This document shows, piece by piece, positions 52,145 through 63,730 of a stretch of 64,000 bases of DNA. This DNA comes from Nemertoderma westbladi. Its lineage: Eukaryota; Animalia; Xenacoelomorpha. Position 1 is the first letter of the stretch; each line of letters starts with the position of its first letter. The position numbers and the translations under genes were made by a program. The stretch lies in contig JAUCBJ010003966.1 in assembly GCA_032718475.1 (NCBI GenBank), forward strand, positions 25,251 to 89,250, in the 5' to 3' direction. The notes beneath the pieces are model-generated. The model saw only the letters and a program-made list of their open reading frames with translations. It made no database searches and was not told the DNA's origin.

Positions 52145-55100
52145 CTAAAAGCAAATAACATAGCAGGGATTTATAGCATCTACCCCGTTCTCCTAGAAGC
52201 AAATAACATAGCAGGGATGTATAGCATCTACCCCGTTCTCCTAAAAGCAAATAACATGGCCGGGATGTATAGCATCTACACCGTTCTCCTAAAAGCAAAT
52301 AACATAGCAGGGATTTATAGCATCTACCCCGTTCTCCTAGAAGCAAATAACATAGCAGGGATTTATAGCATCTACCCCGTTCTCCTAAAACCAAATAACA
52401 TAGCAGGGATGTATACCATCTACCCCATTCTCCTAAAAGCAAATAACATAGCAGCGATGTATAGCATCTACCCTGTTCTCCTAAAAGCAAATAACATGGC
52501 CGGGATGTATAGGATCTACACCGTTCTCCTAAAAGCAAATAACATAGCAGGGATTTATAGCATCTACCCCGTTCTCCTAGAAGCAAATAACATAGCAGGG
52601 ATGTATAGCATCTACCCCGTTCTCCTAAAAGCAAATAACATGGCCGGGATGTATAGCATCTACACCGTTCTCCTAAAAGCAAATAACATAGCAGGGATTT
52701 ATAGCATCTACCCCGTTCTCCTAGAAGCAAATAACATAGCAGGGATTTATAGCATCTACCCCGTTCTCCTAAAACCAAATAACATAGCAGGGATGTATAC
52801 CATCTACTAGAGTTGAAACAGAGACTTGTAACTGTTCTCTGATCTCTGGATTCTCAGGGCTAGTTTTTGGTCTCCGGATAGGTCTCTGGTTCCCGGGTAT
52901 TGAAAACAGACATTTTACCCAGAGATCAGTGATTTGACAAATTAGAAATATATTTTTAAAAATAGATCCTGTACAACACAAAATGTGAAATGAAGATAAT
53001 TTTTCACAAATTTTTTACAATTATTTCTTTAATTTTTAACTATTTTACTTACCCCACTTCAACACAATTATGTATTCACTTTTACACTATTTCTAATAAA
53101 TGTACCGATAATCTTCTATTTAATTAATTTAAGGTGCGTTTAATTTTAATTTAAATTAGCACCTAAAGATGGTTCTTATTTAAGGATTAAGGGCGCTTAA
53201 TTTGAGCACTCATAATGTTTAAAAGTGAAAGAAAGGGCTGTTCTCCATTCAATTTGTTATAGGATAGATAATATGACGACCAAATGGAGAGAACGAGCGT
53301 AACGAGGCTTGTAAATGGGGCCAGTAGAGCACTATACCTGTGCACTAAGTATTCGTAAATGACTAAGTTTATAGTATGTTGAAATGTATATGATTTGAAC
53401 AATTGTAAAATAATTGCCTTTAATTAACAAAGTGTCAAAGTACCGGTACCTATGGCGCAAAACAAAATTATGTTACATATTATTAACAATAACAAAATAA
53501 GAACGAATTAATAAACAAATAACCAAATTAATATTAATTAAGCCCCCCAAACTGTACGTGCACTTATTTTCTTACAATGGGTAAGGGTTGAAATGGGTTG
53601 GATTTACTTTACTGTAATTGAACCATAGAAAAATAGTTCTAAGGCCGTATGTACCTGTTTGTGTTATAGGGGAGTAATCAAATTGTAAGTAGAAAAATAA
53701 GCAAAGTCTCTGATCTCCGCCTCTGGTCTCCGGTATTTTTCAAAATAATTCTCCGGGTAGGGCTCTGGTTCACCGGGATTAAGAAAAACAGGTCTCTGTT
53801 GCAACTCTACCATCTACCCCATTCTCCTAAAAGCAAATAACATAGCAGGGATGTATAGCATCTACACCGTTCTCCTAAAAGCAAATAACATAGCAGGGAT
53901 GTATAGCTAGCATCTACCCCATTCTCCTAAAAGCAAATATCATAGCAAGGATGTATAGCATCTACACCGTTCTCCTAAAAGCAAATAACATAGCAGGGAT
54001 GTATACCATCTACCCCATTCTCCTAAAAGCAAATAACATAGCAGGGATGTATAGCATCTACACCGTTCTCCTAAAAGCAAATAACATAGCAGGGATGTAT
54101 ACCATCTACCCCATTCTCCTAAAAGCAAATAACATAGCAGGGATGTATAGCATCTACCCCGTTCTCCTAAAAGCAAATAACATGGCCGGGATGTATAGCA
54201 TCTACCCCGTTCTCCTAAAAGCAAATAACATAGCAAGGATGTATAGCATCTACACCGTTCTCCTAAAAGCAAATAACATAGCAGGGATGTATAGCTAGCA
54301 TCTACCCCATTCTCCTAAAAGCAAATATCATAGCAAGGATGTATAGCATCTACACCGTTCTCCTAAAAGCAAATAACATAGCAGGGATGTATACCATCTA
54401 CCCCATTCTCCTAAAAGCAAATAACATAGCAGGGATGTATAGCATCTACACCGTTCTCCTAAAAGCAAATAACATAGCAGGGATGTATACCATCTACCCC
54501 ATTCTCCTAAAAGCAAATAACATAGCAGGGATGTATAGCATCTACCCCGTTCTCCTAAAAGCAAATAACATGGCCGGGATGTATAGCATCTACCCCGTTC
54601 TCCTAAAAGCAAATAACATGGCCGGGATGTATAGGATCTACACCGTTCTCCTAAAAGCAAATAACATAGCAGGGATGTATAGCATCTACACCGTTCTCCT
54701 AAAAGCAAATAACATAGCAGGGATGTATGCATCTACCCCGTTCTCCTAAAAGCAGATAACATAGCAGGGATGTATAGTTAGCATCTACCCCATTCTCCTA
54801 AAAGCAAATAACATAGCAGGGATGTATAGCATCTACACCGTTCTCCTAAAAGCAAATAACATAGCAGGGATGTATAGCTAGCATCTACCCCGTTCTCCTA
54901 AAAGCAAATAACATAGCAGGGATGTATAGCATCTACACCGTTCTCCTAAAAGCAAATAACATAGCAGGGATTTATAGCATCTACCCCGTTCTCCTAAAAG
55001 CAAATAACATAGCAGGGATGTATAGTTAGCATCTACCCCATTCTCCTAAAAGCAAATAACATAGCAGGGATGTATAGCATCTACACCGTTCTCCTAAAAG

Positions 55101-58100
55101 CAAATAACATAGCAGGGATTTATAGAATCTACCCCGTTCTCCTAAAAGCAAATAACATAGCAGGGATGTATAGCTAGCATCTACCCCGTTCTCCTAAAAG
55201 CAAATAACATAGCAGGGATGTATAGCTAGCATCTACCCCGCTCTCCTAAAAGCAAATAACATAGCAGGGATGTATAGCTAGCATCTACCCCGCTCTCCTA
55301 AAAGCAAATAACATAGCAGGGATTTATAGCATCTACACCATTCCCCTAAAAGCAAATAACATAGCAGGGATGTATAGCATCTACCTCATTCTCCAAAAAG
55401 CAAATAACATAGTAGGGATGTATGCATCTACCCCGTTCTCCTAAAAGCAAATACCATAGCAGGGATGTATAGCATCTACCCCATTCTCCTAAAAGCAAAT
55501 AACATAGCAGGGATTTATAGCATCTACCCCGTTCTCCTAAAAGCAAATAACATAGCCGGGATTTATAGCATCTACACCGTTCCCCTAAAAGCAAATAACA
55601 TAGCAGGGATGTATAGCATCTACCCCACTCTCCTAAAAGCAAATAACATAGCAGTGATGTATAGCTAGCATCTACCCCGCTATCCTAAAAGCAAATAACA
55701 TAGCAGGGATGTATAGCTAGCATCCACCCCGATCTCCTAAAAGCAAACAACATAGCAGGGATGTATAGCATCTACCCCGTTCTCCTAAAAGCAAATAACA
55801 TAGCAGGGATTTATAGCATCTTCACCGTTCTCCTAAAAGCAAATAACATAGCAGGGATGTATAGCATCTACCCCATTCTCCTAAAAGCAGATAACATGGC
55901 GGGGATGTATAGCATTTACCCCGTTCTCCTAAAAGCAAATAACATGGCTGGGATGTATAGCTAGCATCTACCCCGTTCTCCTAAAACCAAATAACATAGC
56001 AGGGATGTATAGCATCTACCCTGTTCTCCTAAAACCCAATAACATAGCAGGGATGTATAGAATCTACACCGTTCTCCTAAAAGCAAATAACATAGCAGGG
56101 ATGTATAGCATCTACACCGTTCTCCTGAAAGCAAATAACATAGCAGGGATGTATAGCATCTACCTCATTCTCCTAAAAGCAAATAACATAGTAGGGATGT
56201 ATGCATCTACCCCGTTCTCCTAAAAGCAGATAACATGGCCGGGATGTAAAGCATCTACCCCATTCCCCTTAAAGCAAATACCATAGCAGGGATGTATAGC
56301 ATCTACCCCATTCTCCTAAAAGCAAATAACATAGCAGGGATTTATAGCATCTACCCCGTTCTCCTAAAAGCAAATAACATAGCAGGGATTTATAGCATCT
56401 ACACCGTTCCCCTAAAAGCAAATAACATAGCAGGGATGTATAGCATCTACACCGTTCTCCTAAAAGCAAATAACATAGCAGGGATGTATAGCATCTACCC
56501 CGTTCTCCTAAAACCAAATAACATAGCAGCGATGTATAGCATCTACACCGTTCTCCTAAAAGCAAATAACATGGCCGGGATGTATAGGATCTACACCGTT
56601 CTCCTAAAAGCAAATAACATAGCAGGGATGTATAGCTAGCATCTACCCCATTCTCCTAAAAGCAAATAACATAGCAGGGATGTATAGCATCTACACCGTT
56701 CTCCTAAAAGCAAATAACATAGCAGGGATGTATACCATCTACCCCATTCTCCTAAAAGCAAATAACATAGCAGGGATGTATAGCATCTACCCCGTTCTCC
56801 TAAAAGCAAATAACATGGCCGGGATGTATAGGATCTACACCGTTCTCCTAAAAGCAAATAACATAGCAGGGATGTATAGCTAGCATCTACCCCATTCTCC
56901 TAAAAGCAAATAACATAGCAGGGATTTATAGAATCTACCCCGTTCTCCTAAAAGCAAATAACATAGCAGGGATGTATAGCTAGCATCTACCCCGTTCTCC
57001 TAAAAGCAAATAACATAGCAGGGATGTATAGCTAGCATCTACCCCGCTCTCCTAAAAGCAAATAACATAGCAGGGATGTATAGCTAGCATCTACCCCGCT
57101 CTCCTAAAGGCAAATAACATAGCAGGGATGTATAGCTAGCATCTACCCCGCTCTCCTAAAAGCAAATAACATAGCAGGGATTTATAGCATCTACACCATT
57201 CCCCTAAAAGCAAATAACATAGCAGGGATGTATAGCATCTACCTCATTCTCCAAAAAGCAAATAACATAGTAGGAATGTATGCATCTACCCCGTTCTCCT
57301 AAAAGCAAATACCATAGCAGGGATGTATAGCATCTACCCCATTCTCCTAAAAGCAAATAACATAGCAGGGATTTATAGCATCTACCCCGTTCTCCTAAAA
57401 GCAAATAACATAGCAGGGATTTATAGCATCTACACCGTTCCCCTAAAAGCAAATAACATAGCAGGGATGTATAGCATCTACCCCACTCTCCTAAAAGCAA
57501 ATAACATAGCAGTGATGTATAGCTAGCATCTACCCCGCTATCCTAAAAGCAAATAACATAGCAGGGATGTATAGCTAGCATCCACCCCGATCTCCTAAAA
57601 GCAAACAACATAGCAGGGATGTATAGCATCTACCCCGTTCTCCTAAATGCAAATAACATAGCAGGGATTTATAGCATCTTCACCGTTCTCCTAAAAGCAA
57701 ATAACATAGCAGGGATGTATAGCATCTACCCCATTCTCCTAAAAGCAGATAACATGGCGGGGATGTATAGCATTTACCCCGTTCTCCTAAAAGCAAATAA
57801 CATGGCTGGGATGTATAGCTAGCATCTACCCCGTTCTCCTAAAACCAAATAACATAGCAGGGATGTATAGCATCTACCCTGTTCCCCTAAAACCCAATAA
57901 CATAGCAGGGATGTATAGAATCTACACCGTTCTCCTAAAAGCAAATAACATAGCAGGGATGTATAGCATCTACACCGTTCTCCTGAAAGCAAATAACATA
58001 GCAGGGATGTATAGCATCTACCTCATTCTCCTAAAAGCAAATAACATAGTAGGGATGTATGCATCTACCCCGTTCTCCTAAAAGCAGATAACATGGCCGG

Positions 58101-58608
58101 GATGTAAAGCATCTACCCCATTCCCCTTAAAGCAAATACCATAGCAGGGATGTATAGCATCTACCCCATTCTCCTAAAAGCAAATAACATAGCAGGGATT
58201 TATAGCATCTACCCCGTTCTCCTAAAAGCAAATAACATAGCAGGGATTTATAGCATCTACACCGTTCCCCTAAAAGCAAATAACATAGCAGGGATGTATA
58301 GCATCTACACCGTTCTCCTAAAAGCAAATAACATAGCAGGGATGTATAGCATCTACCCCGTTCTCCTAAAAGCAAATAACATAGCAGGGATGTATAGCAT
58401 CTACACCGTTCTCCTAAAAGCAAATAACATGGCCGGGATGTATAGCATCTACCGCGTTCTCCTAAAAGCAAATAACATAGCAGGGATGTATAGCATCTAC
58501 ACCGTTCTCCTAAAAGCAAATAACATAGCAGGGATGTATAGCATCTACCCCGTTCTCCTAAAAGAAAATAACATAGCAGGGATGTATAGCATCTACCCCG
58601 TTCTCCTA
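52118..58608 (-). repeat. 48-bp tandem array made of the PC exon-3 acceptor junction (about 110 copies)
   Basis: Unit TGCTATGTTATTTGCTTTTAG|GAGAACGGTGTAGATGCTATACATCCC is 21 nt of intron plus ENGVDAIHP. Confidence 0.96.
52808..53809. mobile_element. Non-autonomous hAT-type element (1002 bp) inserted in the 48-bp array
   Basis: TIRs TAGAGTTG(A/C)AACAGAGAC; 8-bp TSD CCATCTAC at 52800-52807 and 53810-53817. Confidence 0.88.
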
Positions 58609-58705
58609 ACAATAACAAACCATTACGGAATGCAACTTCGAGGCACATCGTTTCAATAACAAAGATGTTGCGGAAAGTTGACATTGAAATATATTTTATA
58701 GTTAT

Positions 58706-58826
58706 GAGGGGAGGGGGGGGGCTGGAGGGGTGGATGCGTGGGTGGAGGGGGGCTGGAGAGGTTGGGGGGGGGGGGGGGGGGGGTGGAGGGGTAGGGGTAG
58801 TGGGTGGAGGCTGCGGGGGTGGAGGT
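58706..58826 (+). repeat. G-rich low-complexity tract (possible G-quadruplex)
   Basis: Many G runs, including one of about 20 nt. Confidence 0.6.
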
Positions 58827-58860
58827 GTGTTAATGTAATAGAGAAATACGGTGGTTTAAA

Positions 58861-58965
58861 ACGCTATCTGTACTAAACTAACCAACACAACGCTATCTGC
58901 ACTAACCAACGCTATCTGTACTAACTAACCAATGCTATCTGTACTAACCAATGCTATCTGTACTA
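58861..58965 (-). repeat. Small array of about 19-23 bp made of the PC exon-2 donor junction (about 5 degenerate copies)
   Basis: Repeated TACAGATAGCRTTG|GTTAG. Confidence 0.85.
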
Positions 58966-59133
58966 TCTCCGGTATGTTGAGGTACGCAGCAACCGGCGGT
59001 AGACCCTTCCCAACCATATAGGCCTCGTCTGCCTTTTGTCTGTGCATCTGGTTGACATCTTGTTCAGAAAATATCGCAACGGTTCGAATGCCTAACTCGG
59101 TACAAGCGCGGAAGACACGAATCGCGATCTCTC
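58949..59133 (-). CDS. PC: PC exon 2
   Basis: [15 protein letters not shown]...[12 protein letters not shown]; CAG acceptor, GTTAGT donor, phases 1/0. Confidence 0.93.
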
Positions 59134-59344
59134 CTGTTGAATTAAACACAAAGAAAAATAAGAATTTGAGCAACCTCTGAACGGTGTTGAGTCTCATGAA
59201 AAATTACCAAGAACACCAGATCACGCCACTCCCCCCTCAGCCAGTACCGGTATCTGAGTAGCCCAGGCACCCGGGCCAAGTCTGAGTCAGATTTCAGGTA
59301 GGCCTACTAGGCTATGTAACTACTGTACTATAAACGAAACTTAC

Positions 59345-59492
59345 CTCTGTTGGCAACCAGCAATTTCTTAATTGCTTTAGGTGGCTTGATGTCCGTTGAG
59401 TAACGATAGCTTCCCTTGCATCTTCCAAGAAATCGGCTTCCTAAGGATGTCCCTAATCCTAATCGTGGAATCGTTTGTAACAGCAACTTCAT
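59345..59492 (-). CDS. PC: PC coding exon 1 (mitochondrial presequence, then KKLLVANRG)
   Basis: MKLLLQTIPRLGLGTSLGSRFLGRCKGSYRYS is Arg/Ser/Leu-rich with no acidic residues. Donor is G|GTAAGT. A CAG ends 2 nt before the ATG, suggesting an upstream non-coding exon. Confidence 0.88.
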
Positions 59493-61390
59493 AGCTGCAT
59501 AGTAAGTTGGATTATAGTTGGAGTTCAATTAAGCAGGTATTCTACCGGTAGGCACTCGGCACTGTAGCTTAGGGGGCCTACTCAAGGATGTGCTCTCTGA
59601 CTCTATAGCACGGCGTGTTTGGGTACCGCACGGGGGTACAACGTACAATGAGGTTTCAAGGCCCTCCACCTACTGACCTATTCCAATATTCTGCTGTACA
59701 GTGTACAGCGCTGTACTGTATGTGTACCAGCACTGCATACTGACAGACTGGTCTGACTGTAGGACTACAACAGGACTATACTCATTTACCATGTTTACTA
59801 CCTATATCCTATATCTAACTAGTGCCCTTCATTGCCTGCCTATCGTGTACGTTAAGTGGCTTGTGGGGTATTTCGAATTTGGTTTCTTATTTTGGTTAGG
59901 GTTTGGTCAGGCCTCAACCATAATTAAAACTGCCATGCAATTTTATCCCACAACTGCACATGTCAGCATGTAGATAAGAGGGTTCATGAAGTCCAGATTT
60001 AATTGCTGAATGCCGGAATGGCTCCCGCGGGAAATTTGAATTTCATTTTAGTAGTCATGTTTTGGGCCATATGGGGTAATCAAAGCAATAAACTATGTAA
60101 AGTGGGGTGATGTGTACGAATTCACGCCAGAGCAATAAATACCTTTATGGTACCCAATGATTTGTTCAATCTATATATAGGCCCAACTAATAATAAACCC
60201 AATAATAGGCTTGTGGTTTGTTGGTTGAAGGCCAAACATCTGGTGACAATTAATTACATGGTAGTTAAAGTATACTGTAGCTGTAGGCATATTATATTGT
60301 TATTGGACATGGTGGTGATGGATTTGAATGTTGATTGATATCTTATGTTTTAATTAGTGGTAGGAGCGCCATTGGAACAGAAGAGTAATCTACTGTAAGC
60401 ATTTATTTTTAGCATACATTATTATTTTACATTTCCATCTCACTGCGACATGAGAGTTGAATTTAAAACGTTTCTCTAGCACAGGCGCACCATTGATTAA
60501 GACCACAGGCACCACAATGAAATTCATGAGTAAATCGGACTTTGAACATTTAAGACGGTTTTGTATAGAACATTAAACGTAAACCATTGTACAGTAACGG
60601 TAAACAAATATTTGCATACAGTACATAACTATCGTAGTAAAATTTTTGTTTCATTTTTATTGAGTAGAGTTTCATCGACCTTTTTTTAGTAAGTTTACTT
60701 ACTTACCGCCGTAGTTTCATCCCAATACGGTAACTTTGCAAACTGTTTTTATTTGTCACTTCGACCTAAAGACAACATCTCAGTGTCAAAATATAATGTA
60801 GTGTAGTCCTACGGTATGTGTAAAAAACATTTTGTTGACATGGATAGCTTATTTAATATTATAAGAAATCAGTTGAGATATTTTCTAATCAATTTTTCAA
60901 TTGTGTTTCGCTTATATTAAAAAAAAATAGGAAAATAGAAAATAGGAAAATTCTAACTTAAATTCGCCAAAATGGTATTCTCACCAAACCAAAAAGTTAT
61001 GTAAAAGTTTCTTTGGCCCAAATGTCACGCTTGGGGGTATTACTGAAACATTTCCAATATTGTTTCCACTTTAAATTTTTTACGAAAAATGCCGTGCTTT
61101 TATTGATAATTTAATAATTTATAGCGGTATACATATAGTGGGAAACAAACGTTCTGCTCCAATATTTATCACGTAATCGTCCATGCTGATTCCAAAAAAT
61201 AGGTTACAACTTCTGAATATAAAGCACAACAAAAGAGTAGCATTTTAAGTCTATAATATCAATTTGGGCTCTGGCCGCTCAGGGGCGTCAAAAATGAATT
61301 TTTTTGGCTCTATAACTTTTGCCTACCGATGGATGTTAGTGTACCATATGCCTTATACATGATTGCTACTGAATTCTTACTACAGTCAGT

Positions 61391-63333
61391 GGTTAGAAAA
61401 GCCCGCCTCTGTAACCTGCTCCTTTCCCTCAATTGGGAAAGTGGCCGTTTATTGTATTGGTTAAAAAAGCCCACCTCTGTAACCTGCTCCTTTCCCTCAA
61501 TTGGTAAAGTGGCCGTTTATTGTATTGGTTAAAAAAGCCCACCTCTGTAACCTGCTCCTTTCCCTCAATTGGTAAAGTGGCCGTTTATTGTTTTGGTTAG
61601 AAAAGCCCAACTCTGTAACCTGCTCCTTTCCCTCAATTGGGAAAGTGGCCGTTTGTTGTTTTGGTTAGAAAAGCCCACCTCTGTAACCTGCTCCTTTCCC
61701 TCAATTGGGAAATTGGCCGTTTTTTGTTTTGGTTAGAAAATCCCACCTCTGTAACCTGCTCTTTTCCCTCAATTGGTAAAGTGGCCGTTTATTGTTTTGG
61801 TTGGAAAAGCCCGCCTCAGTAACCTGCTCCTTTCCCTCAATTGGTAAAGTGGCCGTTTATTGTTTTGGTTAGTAAAGCCCGCCTCTGTAACCCGCTCCTT
61901 TCCCTCAGTTGGTAAAGTGGCCGTTTATTGTTTTGGTTAGTAAAGCCCGCCTCTGTAACCTGCTCCTTTCCCTCAATTGGTAAAGTGGCCGTTTATTGTT
62001 TTGGTTGGAAAAGCCCGCCTCTGTAAACTGCTCCTTTCCCTTATTTGGTAAAGTGGCCGTTTATTGTTTTGGTCAGAAAGGCCAGCCTCTGTAACCTGCT
62101 CTTTTCCCTCAATTGGTAAAGTGGCCGCTTATTGTTTTGGTTATAAAAGCCCGCCTCTGTAACCTGCTCCTTTCCCGCAATTGGTAAAGTGGCCGTTTAA
62201 TGTTTTGGTTGGAAAAGCCCGCCTATGTAACCTGCTCCTTTCCCTCAATTGGTAGAGTGGCCATTTATTGTTTTGGTTGTAAAAGCCCGCCTCTGTAACC
62301 TGCTCCTTTCCCTCAATTGGTAAAGTGGCCGTTTATTGTCTTGGTTAGAAAAGTCCGCCTCTGTAACCTGCTCCGTTCCCTCAATTGGTAAAGTGGCCGT
62401 TTATTGTTTTGGTTGGAAAAGCCCGCCTCTGTAACCTGCACCTTTCCCTCAATTGGTAAAGTGGCCGTTTAATGTTTTGGTTAGTAGAAGCCCGCCCTCT
62501 GTAACCTGCTCCTTTCCCTCAATTGGTAAAGTGGCCGTTTATTGTTTTGGTTGGAAAGCCCGCCTCTGTAACCTGCTCCTTTCCCTCAATTGGTAAAGTG
62601 GCCGTTTATTTGTTTTGGTTGGAAAAGCCCTGCCTCTGTAACCTGCTCCTTTCCCTCAATTGGTAAATTGGCCGTTTATTGTTTTGGTTGGAAAAGCCCG
62701 CCTCTGTAACCTGCTCCTTTCCCTCAATTGGTAAAGTGGCCGTTAATTGTTTTGGTTGGAAAAGCCCGCCCTCTGTAACCTGCTCCTTTCCCTCAATTGG
62801 TAAAGTGGCCGTTTATTGTTTTGGTTGGAAAAGCCCGCCTCTGTAACCTGCTCCTTTCCCTCAATTGGTAGAGTGGCCGTTTATTGTTTTGGTTGGAAAA
62901 GCCCGCCTCTGTAACCTGCTCCTTTCCCTCAATTGGTAAAGTGGCCGTTTATTGTTTTGGTTGGAAAAGCCCGCCTCTGTAACCTGCTCCGTTCCCTCAA
63001 TTGGTAAAGTGGCCGTTTATTGTTTTGGTTGGTAGAAGCCCGCCTCTGTAACCTGCTCCTTTCCCTCATTTGGCAAAGTGGCCGTTTATTGTTTTGGTTG
63101 GAAAAGCCCGCCTCTGTAACCTGCTCCTTTCCCTCAATTGGTAGAGTGGCCGTTTATTGTTTTGGTTGGAAAAGCCCGCCTCTGTAACCCTGCTCCTTTC
63201 CCTCAATTGGTAAAGTGGCCGTTTATTGTTTTGGTTGGAAAAGCCCGCCTCTGTAACCTGCTCCTTTCCCTCAATTGGTAAAGTGGCCGTTTATTGACCT
63301 GGTTGGAAAATGCCCGCCTCGGTAACCTGCTCC
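61391..63333. repeat. 68-bp tandem array (about 28 copies) upstream of the PC start codon
   Basis: Unit GGAAAAGCCCGCCTCTGTAACCTGCTCCTTTCCCTCAATTGGTAAAGTGGCCGTTTATTGTTTTGGTT. Confidence 0.95.
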
Positions 63334-63529
63334 TATTGTGTTTTTGAAATGCTACAATTCACCCAAAACGTATCTTAATCTTTATTTCTATTAATTCGCT
63401 TTTTGGAACAGTATGCATTTCAAAATGTTGACATCCAAGCCAGTACCCCCCCCCCCCCCCCCCCCCCCCCAAATATTTTAATTTAAACAAAACTGTTTTA
63501 ATATTGTTGCAAGCCATTCTTGAAGCTCA

Positions 63530-63730
63530 TAAGCTGATCGTATGGGCATAAATTCCCATACGATCAGACATTTCCTGTGGGCTGTCAAAGTTCACTGTCA
63601 AAATTGTGGTCTTCTTGGTGTTTATAAAAATACCAACGCTAGAAGCAGCCTGTTCTAATGCGCAGAGGAGCCGTGGGCTCCCTCTAGTGATTTTGACATT
63701 ATTATCTTGTGGCAATGTCAAACCCAGGGC
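63530..63730 (-). pseudogene. Possible decayed LINE reverse-transcriptase fragment (region after the catalytic DD motif)
   Basis: LLCALEQAASSVGIFINTKKT resembles the LLxxLExxAxxVGLxINxxKT segment of LINE RTs. The catalytic motif itself is not intact. Confidence 0.45.

Larger units (their letters stand above)
782..59492 (-). other. PC: Pyruvate carboxylase gene span (17 coding exons in window; final exon off the left edge)
   Basis: The exons join in frame through GT-AG introns into biotin carboxylase, carboxyltransferase and the start of the biotin-carrier domain (3424 nt). Motifs include [64 protein letters not shown] and GAPMPG. Confidence 0.97.

Noticed and set aside
1966-58684. Long repetitive ORFs ([63 protein letters not shown]) as real repeat proteins
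   Set aside because: They arise because the unit lengths are multiples of 3. They are broken by frequent frameshifts, occur on both strands, lack unique termini and lie in PC introns.
7755-58950. Telomere-like GGTTAG hexamer as the trigger for junction amplification
   Set aside because: It is present at amplified donors 2, 4 and 15, but also at unamplified donors 6, 11 and 17, and it is absent from the consensus units of the exon 3, 5, 7, 9 and 18 arrays.
782-59492. PC as a pseudogene destroyed by repeats
   Set aside because: All 17 exons are open, in phase and keep the catalytic motifs and canonical splice sites. Expression still needs RNA evidence.
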